Position numbers and translations under genes: made by a program. DNA of 64,000 nt from Anaerolineales bacterium. GTDB lineage: Bacteria > Chloroflexota > Anaerolineae > Anaerolineales > UBA6663. The notes under the pieces were generated by a model. The model had not been told where the DNA came from, made no database searches, and saw nothing but the letters and a program-made list of their open reading frames with translations. The number at the start of each line of letters is the position of its first letter. The stretch's first letter is position 1. The stretch is from NCBI GenBank assembly GCA_020850595.1, contig JADZEK010000073.1:12076-76075 (forward strand), given 5' to 3'. Shown here piece by piece: positions 8,733 through 17,099 of the stretch.

Positions 8733-9880
8733 ACCTGCCGCAGCGGCACGCCCAGCAGTGTGGCGCGGGCCTGCTGCTCGGGGCGGGGGGCCGCCAGCAC
8801 CTGCACCACCGCCACCACCACGCCCGCCCGCCGCAGCCCGGCCAGCGTGTCGAACAGGTCGGGCGAGGCCTCGCCGGTGATGGCGATGAGCGTCGTGCCC
8901 CAGGCCACGCGCCCCGGTAACTCGCGCAGCCGCTCGGCCAGCGGTTGGGCCGCGGCGGGCTGCGCGCGTGCCAGCAGCTCCAGCACGTTCATCAGGTGGG
9001 CGCGTTCGCGCCGGGCGGGCAAGAAGAACGGCGCGGGCCGGCCGCCGGGGGCCTCGGCCGCCTCGGTGGTCAGGCCCACGGGCAGGCGCTCGCGCACGAT
9101 GATGTGGTTGGCGAGCGAGGCCGCCACCACCACCGCCAACTCGACGGCCTCGAAGCGGCGGCGCGGCGCGTAGGCCTCAGCGCGCAAATCCAGGCACAGC
9201 AGCGTCTCACGGGCGATGGCGGGCTGATACTGCTTGACCAGCAGGCGGCGGGTGGCGGCCGTGGCGGTCCAGTGGATGCGGCGCGGCGAGTCGCCGCGCT
9301 GATAGTCGCGCACGCCGCCCACGCGCGCCGGGTCCTCGAACAGCGGCGCGGCCGCCGGCAGCGCGGCCAGTGGCGAGTGGGTGGGCACGCGCAGGCGCGG
9401 CAGCGGCACGATCTGCGGGTAGACCACCATCGGCTCGGCGGCGTGCTCGGTGTGCCGCGCCGGCTCCAGACCGAACAAGTCGCCGCCCTGCGCTTGCAGC
9501 GGCCCCAACTGGTAAAGGCCGCGCCGCCGGCAGTGCAGCGTGTATTCGAAATAGCGCTGCTCGCCCGCCGCCAGGCTGAACACCTCGCGGTGGAAGGGCG
9601 GGGCGATCAGCTCGACCGGCAGCGACTCGTGCACCTGCACCCAGGGGGCGGGCAGGCGGCTGGTGTTGTGCAGCGTCACGCGCACGGTCACGTCGTCGCC
9701 GCTAAAGGCGCGGCTGGTGTAAGCGCGGCTGATTCGCAGGCCGCCGAGGCTGCGCCGCACCCACAGCCGCCCAAGCACGAACAGCCCGAACAGCAGGTAG
9801 GCCACGGTGAAGAAGAAATCAATTCGCAAGACGGCCGCGATGACGAGCAGGATGAGCAGGAAGACAACGTAGCGGCTCAC
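8699..9880 (-). CDS. DUF58 (vWA-like) domain protein
   Basis: 393 aa. N-terminal two-TM segment then a DUF58 core, the canonical partner of MoxR ATPases. Located 22 nt downstream of moxR. Confidence 0.8.
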   Translation of the reverse strand: MSRYVVFLLILLVIAAVLRIDFFFTVAYLLFGLFVLGRLWVRRSLGGLRISRAYTSRAFSGDDVTVRVTLHNTSRLPAPWVQVHESLPVELIAPPFHREVFSLAAGEQRYFEYTLHCRRRGLYQLGPLQAQGGDLFGLEPARHTEHAAEPMVVYPQIVPLPRLRVPTHSPLAALPAAAPLFEDPARVGGVRDYQRGDSPRRIHWTATAATRRLLVKQYQPAIARETLLCLDLRAEAYAPRRRFEAVELAVVVAASLANHIIVRERLPVGLTTEAAEAPGGRPAPFFLPARRERAHLMNVLELLARAQPAAAQPLAERLRELPGRVAWGTTLIAITGEASPDLFDTLAGLRRAGVVVAVVQVLAAPRPEQQARATLLGVPLRQVWREQDLEGWR

Positions 9881-9901
9881 GCGCGAGGCCGGGGGGCGCG
9901 G

Positions 9902-10855
9902 CTAGGCGGCTTTCAGTTCGCCCACATCGAGCGGGGTGCGCTCAACGATCTCGGCCAGCACGGCGGCGGCGGTGCGCCCGCGCAACTGGCTCTCCGGCTT
10001 GACGATGACGCGGTGGCCGAGCGTGAGCGGCACGAGGGCCTTCACGTCGTCAGGGGTAACGTAGTCGCGCCCGTGCAGCGCGGCGCGCGCCTGGCTGGTC
10101 TTGTAGAGCGCTAGCGTGCCGCGCGGGCTGGCCCCCAGCGCCAGGTCGGGGTGGGTGCGCGTGGCCGTGATGAGCGCCAGGCAGTAGCGCTCGACCGTCT
10201 CGTCCGCGTGCACCTCGCTGATCTGGGCCGACAGTTCCAGCAGTTCGGCGCCCTCGGCCACGGGCCGAATGGTCTCGATGGGGTGGCGGCGGCGCTGGCT
10301 GCGCACTACTTCCAGTTCGGCGGCGGGAGCGGGGTAGCCGAGCGAAAGACGCATTAAGAAGCGGTCGAGCTGGGCTTCGGGCAGCGGGAAGGTGCCCTCG
10401 AACTCGATGGGGTTCTGCGTGGCGAGCACCAGGAAGGGCGCGGCCAGCGGGTGGGTCTCGCCATCCACCGTCACCTGGCGCTCCTGCATGGCCTCCAGCA
10501 AGGCGGCCTGCGTGCGCGGCGTGGCGCGGTTGATCTCATCTGCCAGCAGCACGTTGACGAAGACCGGCCCGGCGCGGAAGTCGAAGCTGCTCGTTTGCTG
10601 GTTGAAGATGCTAACGCCGGTGATGTCGTTGGGCAGCAGGTCGGGCGTGCACTGCACGCGCTTGAAGCTCAAGCCCAGGCTGCCGGCCAGGGCGCGGGCC
10701 AGCATGGTCTTGCCGGTGCCGGGCACGTCCTCGATCAGGATGTGCCCCTGGCACAGCAGCGCCACCACCAGCAGTTCGATCTGGGCGCGCTTGCCCACGA
10801 TCACCTGCTCGACATTGGCGATCAGCCGCGAACTGAAGTCGGCGAGCGAGGGCAT
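9902..10855 (-). CDS. MoxR-family AAA+ ATPase
   Basis: 317 aa. Walker A GTGKT within EDVPGTGKTMLARALA, typical MoxR length and sequence. Confidence 0.9.
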   Translation of the reverse strand: MPSLADFSSRLIANVEQVIVGKRAQIELLVVALLCQGHILIEDVPGTGKTMLARALAGSLGLSFKRVQCTPDLLPNDITGVSIFNQQTSSFDFRAGPVFVNVLLADEINRATPRTQAALLEAMQERQVTVDGETHPLAAPFLVLATQNPIEFEGTFPLPEAQLDRFLMRLSLGYPAPAAELEVVRSQRRRHPIETIRPVAEGAELLELSAQISEVHADETVERYCLALITATRTHPDLALGASPRGTLALYKTSQARAALHGRDYVTPDDVKALVPLTLGHRVIVKPESQLRGRTAAAVLAEIVERTPLDVGELKAA

Positions 10856-10876
10856 CCGAGTTGCCGTCGCAGCCGT

Positions 10877-11359
10877 CTAGGCGGCGATCCGATCGTCAGA
10901 TTCGGGCTCGTCGTCCTCCACGTCGGGCGCGGGCGGCTGGGGTGCGGCGGGCAGCTTGCGAGAAGGCTTGTAGCCGACGGGTTTGGCGGGCTTCCTCTCT
11001 TCGGCGGCGGGCGCCTCGGCGCTCGGGGCGTCTTTGCTCCACTTGAGCGTGACGTTGAAGTTGGCCTCGGCGCCGCTCTTGGCGACGGCCAGCCCGCCCA
11101 GCTCGCCGCTGGCCTTGAGGGCGAAGGTGACGGTAAGCTCGTCGGGCGGGGTGCTCAGGCCGTGCAGCTTGGTGACCAGCAGGTCGGCCGATTTGCGCAC
11201 GGCTTCGACCGAGGCATCAAAGGTCTGTTGGGCGGCGTTGGCGGGTGTGTAGCCGCCCTCGCCGCGCAGGAAGCCGGTGCTGCTGCGGGCCGGCTCCTCG
11301 GCCGACTCGATCACGATGCTGCCCCCGCCCTCCAGCGGGAATTCGACATATTTGGACAC
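10877..11359 (-). CDS. Small acidic protein, beta-rich N-domain resembling trypsin-co-occurring domain 1 (Trypco1/CU044_2847-like), disordered Pro/Ala/Asp/Glu tail
   Basis: 160 aa. The likely start is GTG with AAGGAG 5 nt upstream. The N-domain ...VEFPLEGGGSIVIE...TVTFALKASGELGGLAVAKSGAEANFNVTLKW matches my recollection of that family. Located 22 nt upstream of moxR. Confidence 0.4.
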   Translation of the reverse strand: MSKYVEFPLEGGGSIVIESAEEPARSSTGFLRGEGGYTPANAAQQTFDASVEAVRKSADLLVTKLHGLSTPPDELTVTFALKASGELGGLAVAKSGAEANFNVTLKWSKDAPSAEAPAAEERKPAKPVGYKPSRKLPAAPQPPAPDVEDDEPESDDRIAA

Positions 11360-11526
11360 ACGACACTCCTTGACTCGTGACGGCAGAAATACCTTAGAAG
11401 CCTAGTTTACCGCGACTCGGACGTTTTCTGTAACCTGCCCGTTTGTTGAACTCAGCCACCGACGTCCAACCGGCTTAGCGCGAGCTGCTATTGCCCCTCT
11501 GACCTCCAACTTCTAACCTCCGACCT

Positions 11527-12552
11527 CTACTCTTTCGCTTCCAGCGCCACTAGTCGCTCAGCGCGCGGCGTGTAATAAACGCGGTAGGTTGGCCCGCTAA
11601 CGAGCGCATGGTAGGCCCGCAGCGACACGGTGAACTTCTTGCCGCCCACCTGATAGTAGTAGGTGGTGCTCTTGCCCGAACTGGAGTAGGTGCGTTGCAC
11701 CTGGCCCTCGATTACCTGCACGCGCCCGCCCAGCAGGTCGAGCACGATCTTCAGCGCCGCCCAGCCGACCAGCAGCGGCCCGAACAGCCCGATAGCGCCG
11801 ATGAAGAGCAGGGGAATGGCGCTCAGGCCGCCGTTCTCGGTCGTCATGTTGAAGGCCGCGAAGGCGCAGAACCCCAGGATCACCAGCGCCAGCACGCCCA
11901 GCCCGGCGGCGGCCGCGACCATGCGCGCCGCCTGCCCGCCGCCCAGCCGCCCGTCGCGGTTGGCCTCCAGGTCGCCCGCGCCAAAGCCGATGACGCGGCC
12001 CAGCACCTCGGTCAGCCCCGGCGTCTCGCCGCCGCCCATCATCCCGGCCGCCAGCGTCAGGCCGCCCAGTTTCTCGGCCGAGAGCACGTAGCCGGAGCGC
12101 GGCAGGTAGTAGAAGCGATACGGCCCCGGCGCCAGGCCGCTCACGCTGTTGTTGGTCCAGAACGGGCGGCCGGGCCACTCGGCGGCGTAGCGCCTGCGCC
12201 GCCAGGCCACCTGCCCATCGGCGGTCTGCACCTCGCCCGCCGCCAGGTCTTGCCGGGTGAGCGCCAGCCGCACGATGTTTTGCAGGATGACCAGGCCCAC
12301 CGGCACGCCCACGACCAGCAGGATCAGCGCCGGGATGATGAGCGCCAGCGGTTCGTTCTGCTCCTGAAACATGATGAAGAAAGGCACCACCAGCCCGCCG
12401 CCGATTAAGGCCCCCACCAGCAGCGCCACCGCGCCCGCGCCCCAGTTCACCTGGCTGGCTTTGCGCCGCTGGCCGTCGGTCAGTGTGCCGCTGCGGTTGG
12501 CCGCCACGTCGTCCGGGTTTGTCAGGTAGCGTTCACTCGATGGTCGAATCAC
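11527..12552 (-). CDS. Internally duplicated membrane protein: two (TM pair + beta-rich soluble module) units
   Basis: 341 aa. Unit 1 GEVQTADGQVAWRRRRY...GPYRFYYLPRSGYVLSAEKL and unit 2 GRVQVIEGQVQRTYSS...GPTYRVYYTPRAERLVALEAKE are clear paralogous repeats, each preceded by hydrophobic helices. Confidence 0.5.
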   Translation of the reverse strand: MIRPSSERYLTNPDDVAANRSGTLTDGQRRKASQVNWGAGAVALLVGALIGGGLVVPFFIMFQEQNEPLALIIPALILLVVGVPVGLVILQNIVRLALTRQDLAAGEVQTADGQVAWRRRRYAAEWPGRPFWTNNSVSGLAPGPYRFYYLPRSGYVLSAEKLGGLTLAAGMMGGGETPGLTEVLGRVIGFGAGDLEANRDGRLGGGQAARMVAAAAGLGVLALVILGFCAFAAFNMTTENGGLSAIPLLFIGAIGLFGPLLVGWAALKIVLDLLGGRVQVIEGQVQRTYSSSGKSTTYYYQVGGKKFTVSLRAYHALVSGPTYRVYYTPRAERLVALEAKE

Positions 12553-12555
12553 CGC

Positions 12556-13371
12556 TCACCCTCCCACCAGCTCGCATCCGTGCCAGGGCCTTGGCTCCTC
12601 TCCCGAGTCCCCCCGGGCCCTTGAGTTCCCAGCCTTCGATCGCTCCCGCCCCATGATCCAATACTCGTTCAAGTCGCCGCTCGCGCCGTCGGCGCTAAAC
12701 GTCTCCCGCACGCGCAGGCCCGTGTTCGCCGCCAACTGCTGCGCCTCGGCCGCGTCCAGCAGATGCACAAACCGCAGGCCGGTCCGGCCGCGCCGCTCCC
12801 AGGGCAGCAGCGCGTCGCCGGGTTCCACGTCGGCCACGGTCAGTCCCACCGCCTCCCAACCTACCTGCCGCTTGCTCAGCCGTTCGCTGCGGGTGAACTG
12901 CCAGTTCGCCAGCGCGAGATGCCCGTCCGCCGCCAGTCGCGCCGCCAGCGCGCCGAACACCTGCGCCCGCCGCGCCGCCCCCGGCAGGTGGTGGAAGACG
13001 CCAAAGGCCAGCACCCAGTCGAAGGGCTGGGCGGGCAGGGCGCCGGGCCAGGCTGGGTCCATCAAATCGGCGCGCTGAAACGCCAGGGGCACCGGTAGCG
13101 CTTCGGCTCCGGTGTAGCGCCGTGCGCGGGCCAGCATCGCCTCGCTCACGTCTAGCCCCAGGTACCCCGCCGCCCCCGCGCGGGCCAGCGCCCGGCCTAC
13201 CTTGCCGTCGCCGCAGCCCACCTCCAGCACCCGCGTGCCGCGGGCCACGCGCCCCAGCACGCGGCTCACCCCGGCGGGCAGGCGCGGGCGCGTGTCAGCG
13301 AAGTCTTCGGCGTGATCTTCGTAAAAGGCTTGGTTCAGGGCAGCCAGGCGCTGCGCGACGGCCAGGTCCAT
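12556..13371 (-). CDS. Class I SAM-dependent methyltransferase
   Basis: 271 aa. Motif I VLEVGCGDG. Located 3 nt upstream of the 11527..12552 gene. Confidence 0.75.
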   Translation of the reverse strand: MDLAVAQRLAALNQAFYEDHAEDFADTRPRLPAGVSRVLGRVARGTRVLEVGCGDGKVGRALARAGAAGYLGLDVSEAMLARARRYTGAEALPVPLAFQRADLMDPAWPGALPAQPFDWVLAFGVFHHLPGAARRAQVFGALAARLAADGHLALANWQFTRSERLSKRQVGWEAVGLTVADVEPGDALLPWERRGRTGLRFVHLLDAAEAQQLAANTGLRVRETFSADGASGDLNEYWIMGRERSKAGNSRARGDSGEEPRPWHGCELVGG

Positions 13372-13419
13372 GTGCGATAATTATAGGGTCACTCTCGCCA
13401 CGCCACTTGGGGATCAATC

Positions 13420-14271
13420 TTGTCCGCTTCACTGTTGGGAATGCTCAGCGCTCTGCTGTCGGCCGCCGTGTGGGGCAGCGGCGATTTTTCGGGCGGGCTG
13501 GCCTCGCGCCGCGGCAACCAGTATCAGGTACTGGTCATCGTCACGCTCTCCGGCACGCTGCTGCTCCTGGCGCTCACGCTGCTCCTGCGCGAGCCGCTGC
13601 CCACCGGCGCGCCGGCTTTCCTGGCGGCGGCGGCCGGGCTGGCGGGCGGCATCGGTATCGTGTTCCTCTATCGCGGCCTGAGCATTGACCGCGCCGCCAC
13701 GGTGGCCCCGGTGGCCGCCGTGGTCACGGGCGCGGTGCCGGTGCTCTATGGCTCACTGTCGCAGGGCCTGCCCAACCCGTGGCAGATGGCAGGCTTTGCA
13801 CTGGCGCTGGCAGGCATCTTCTTGGTTTCGCGCAGCCCGGAGGCGGAGCGGGCCAAGGACGGCAATCTGCGCCAAGGCCTGGTGCTGGCGGTGTGCGCTG
13901 GCCTGGGCTTCGGCGGGTTCTTCGTGCTGCTGCCCGCCACTGCGCCGGGACAGTTGTTCGCGCCGCTGCTCATCGCCCGGCTGGCCTCGCTGGTCATGGC
14001 GCTGGTGCTGCTGGCCGTGGCGCGCCAGCCGCTGCCGCGCGTCACCGCGCACCCCATCGCCATCGTCGCCGGCCTCCTCGACAGCGGCGGCAACCTGTTC
14101 TATGCCCTCGCCAAGCAGTCCACGCGCCTCGATGTCGCGGCCGTGCTCTCCTCGCTCTACCCGGCGGCCACGGTGCTGCTGGCCTGGATCATCCTCAAGG
14201 AACGTGTGGCGCGCGTCCAGTGGGCGGGCGCGGCGTGCTGCCTGGCGGCTGTCGCGTTGATCGCGGTCTGA
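13420..14271 (+). CDS. EamA/DMT-family transporter
   Basis: 283 aa. About ten TM helices with two EamA-like repeats. Confidence 0.8.
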   Translation: MSASLLGMLSALLSAAVWGSGDFSGGLASRRGNQYQVLVIVTLSGTLLLLALTLLLREPLPTGAPAFLAAAAGLAGGIGIVFLYRGLSIDRAATVAPVAAVVTGAVPVLYGSLSQGLPNPWQMAGFALALAGIFLVSRSPEAERAKDGNLRQGLVLAVCAGLGFGGFFVLLPATAPGQLFAPLLIARLASLVMALVLLAVARQPLPRVTAHPIAIVAGLLDSGGNLFYALAKQSTRLDVAAVLSSLYPAATVLLAWIILKERVARVQWAGAACCLAAVALIAV

Positions 14272-14272
14272 C

Positions 14273-15910
14273 ATGCGCGCCGAGCAGTGGAGCCACAAGC
14301 GCGGCCGGCGTGCCGCCCCCGCCGATGACGCGCAACTGCTGCGGTTGATCCAGGAAGCGGCCGGCCTCGCGCCTTTCGGCCCGCAAGACCTGGCGCGCCT
14401 CCTGCGCCGCTACCCGCGCGTGGCAGAGGGCGGAAATCATTCCGGCGGGCAATTTGCCAAAGACCAGATCGTTGAAGCCTACCGCCGCTTCTGCGCCGAC
14501 GGCCGCCTGACGTTCGACCGCGAGGTGCTGCGACGCCTGCAAATGAAGCCCATCCGCACCCTCTCGGGCGTGGCGACCGTGACGGTGCTGACGAAGCCCT
14601 TCCCCTGCCCCGGCGAGTGCCTCTTCTGCCCCACCGATGCGCGCATGCCCAAGAGCTATCTGGCCGACGAGCCGGGAGCCATCCGCGCTGAGTATCACCA
14701 GTTCGACCCCTGCGCCACCACCGCCGCCCGCCTGCGCGCGCTCGACAATATCGGCCATGCCACCGACAAAGTCGAACTGCTCATCCTGGGCGGCACCTGG
14801 TCGTACTACCCCGCCGACTATCAGGAGTGGTTCATCCGTCGCTGCTTCGACGCGCTGAACGGCGTAGACTCGGTCACACTGGAGGAGGCGCAGCGCGTCA
14901 ACGAAACCGCGTCGCATCGCAACGTGGGCCTGGTCATTGAGACCCGCCCCGACTACGTGGACGCGGCCGAAGTGCGCCGGCTGCGGCGCTACGGCGTGAC
15001 CAAGGTGCAGCTCGGCGCGCAAAGCCTGGACGACCGGATACTCGACCTGAACAAGCGCGGCCACACCGTGGAACAGACCCGCCGCGCCGTGCGCCTGTTG
15101 CGCGCCGCGGGCTTCAAGCTCCACCTGCACTGGATGCCCAACCTGCTCGGCGCGACCCCCGCCGGCGACCTGGACGACTACGCCCGTCTGTGGGCCGACC
15201 CCGGCCTGCGCCCAGACGAGCTAAAGCTCTACCCCTGCGCCCTGGTGCGCGAGGCTGAATTGGTGGCGTGGTACGAGCGCGGCGAGTACCGCCCGTATAG
15301 CGATCCAGAGCTAATTGACCTGCTGGCCGCCTGCAAGCGCCAGACCCCGCGCTATGTGCGCCTCAACCGCATCATCCGCGACATTCCCGCCGGGCACGTG
15401 GTGGCAGGCAGCACCGCCAGCAACCTGCGCGAGGTGGTGCAGCGGAAGCTCGCCGCCGAAGGCGGGCGCTGCGACTGTATTCGCTGCCGCGAGGTGCGCG
15501 CAGCCAAGGTGCTCGGCGACCTGGCGCTGACCGACCAGCCCTACGCCACGACCGCGGGCGAGGAACACTTCCTGAGCGTGAACACGGCGGCCGACCAACT
15601 GGCCGGTTTTCTGCGCCTGCTGCTGCCCGACCCCGCCGCCACCGCCGAGATCGAGCTGGCCGAGCTTACCGGCGCCGCGCTGATCCGCGAAGTGCACGTC
15701 TACGGCCCCGCCATGCGCCTGGGCGAGACGGCCGCGGGCGAGGCGCAGCACCTGGGCCTGGGCGGGCGGCTGCTGGCGGAGGCCGAGCGCCTGGCCCGCG
15801 CCGCTGGCTTCGCCCGCCTGGCCGTCATCGCCGCCGTGGGCACTCGCGAGTACTATCGTAAGCACAGATTTGAGCGCGTTGGCCTGTACATGGTCAAGCC
15901 ACTCGTCTGA
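14273..15910 (+). CDS. elp3: Bacterial Elp3 homolog (radical-SAM plus GNAT; tRNA wobble-uridine modification enzyme)
   Basis: 545 aa. Radical-SAM cluster motif CPGECLFCP (CxxxCxxC) is followed by a C-terminal GNAT fold (GLGGRLLAEAERLA...YYRKHRFERVG). Overall collinear with Elp3. Confidence 0.85.
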   Translation: MRAEQWSHKRGRRAAPADDAQLLRLIQEAAGLAPFGPQDLARLLRRYPRVAEGGNHSGGQFAKDQIVEAYRRFCADGRLTFDREVLRRLQMKPIRTLSGVATVTVLTKPFPCPGECLFCPTDARMPKSYLADEPGAIRAEYHQFDPCATTAARLRALDNIGHATDKVELLILGGTWSYYPADYQEWFIRRCFDALNGVDSVTLEEAQRVNETASHRNVGLVIETRPDYVDAAEVRRLRRYGVTKVQLGAQSLDDRILDLNKRGHTVEQTRRAVRLLRAAGFKLHLHWMPNLLGATPAGDLDDYARLWADPGLRPDELKLYPCALVREAELVAWYERGEYRPYSDPELIDLLAACKRQTPRYVRLNRIIRDIPAGHVVAGSTASNLREVVQRKLAAEGGRCDCIRCREVRAAKVLGDLALTDQPYATTAGEEHFLSVNTAADQLAGFLRLLLPDPAATAEIELAELTGAALIREVHVYGPAMRLGETAAGEAQHLGLGGRLLAEAERLARAAGFARLAVIAAVGTREYYRKHRFERVGLYMVKPLV

Positions 15911-15945
15911 AGCACCACTAGCCGACCAAGCCGCCGCCTTCAGCC

Positions 15946-16890
15946 ATGGAACCCTCCACGCCGCCGGAAATGACAACTGCGCCAGCCAGGCCTGCAGAGC
16001 TAGACCCGCCCGCCGCGGGCGAGTTCTCGCTCGTCTTTCTGCCCGATACGCAAATCTACTCGGCCAACTACCCGGCGCTCTTCACGGCGCAAACGCAGTG
16101 GATCGCGGATAACCAGGCGCGCTACAACATTCAGGCTGTGCTGCACGTGGGCGACGTGGTGGACGGCAACGACCCCCGCCAGTGGGCCAACGCTGACGCT
16201 GCTATCCGCATTCTCGATGCGGTCGAAATCCCGTATTTGATCGCCATTGGCAACCACGACTACGACAGCATTGGCGACGCCGAGCGGCGGGTCACAGGTT
16301 TCAACGCCACGTTTCCGCCCGCGCGCTATACCGCCCACGCCTGGTGGCGCGGCGGGTTTTACGAAGCCGGGCACAGCGAAAACGCCTACTGCCGCCTGAC
16401 CATCGCTGGCGCCGAGTACCTGTTGCTCAGCCTGGAGTTTGGGCCGCGCCCCGCGGTCGTCGCGTGGGCCAACGCCGTGCTGGAACGCTGTCACGACCAC
16501 TGGGCTGTCCTATGCACCCACTCGTTTCTCTACGATGACGGCGCGCGCGTCGGCCCCGGCGCGGCGCACAATCCCAAAATCTACCCGCTGGGCGCGACGG
16601 CCGCCGATGGCGAGGACCTGTGGCGCCAGTTGGTCAGCCGCCATGCCAATCTCCACTGGGTGCAAAGCGGGCATCACATCGGCGGGTGCACTGCTTACCG
16701 CGCCGACGCCGGCCGTGACGGTACGATAGTGCATCAGGTATTTGCAAACTGGCAGCTGCACACCCGTGGCGGCGACGGCCGGCTGCGGCTGGTAACGCTT
16801 GGCAGCGGTAAGGCCCGCGTGCAAACATATTCGCCCGCGCTCGGTCAGGCGGCGGTCGAGCCGCAGGACAAGTTCACAGTAACGCTCTAG
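15946..16890 (+). CDS. Calcineurin-like metallophosphoesterase
   Basis: 314 aa. Has the DxH...GDxxD...GNHD motif set (LPDTQ...HVGDVVDG...GNHDYD). Confidence 0.8.
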   Translation: MEPSTPPEMTTAPARPAELDPPAAGEFSLVFLPDTQIYSANYPALFTAQTQWIADNQARYNIQAVLHVGDVVDGNDPRQWANADAAIRILDAVEIPYLIAIGNHDYDSIGDAERRVTGFNATFPPARYTAHAWWRGGFYEAGHSENAYCRLTIAGAEYLLLSLEFGPRPAVVAWANAVLERCHDHWAVLCTHSFLYDDGARVGPGAAHNPKIYPLGATAADGEDLWRQLVSRHANLHWVQSGHHIGGCTAYRADAGRDGTIVHQVFANWQLHTRGGDGRLRLVTLGSGKARVQTYSPALGQAAVEPQDKFTVTL

Positions 16891-17099
16891 GCGCCTCCGG
16901 CCGGCCTCCCGGTTGCGCCGCTGGCGCGCCCAGCGCCGCAGAACAACTGGCCCCGCCGGTCAGCCTGGCCACCAGCCGGCTGCCGGTTGGGTTGCCGACC
17001 AGGTTGGAACTCAACGCCAGTGCCCCAAGCGCGCCGTTGGAAGGCCGTTCGCCCGCTCAAAGTATAATCTCGCCCATCCCACGCCAACCAGGAGCCGCC

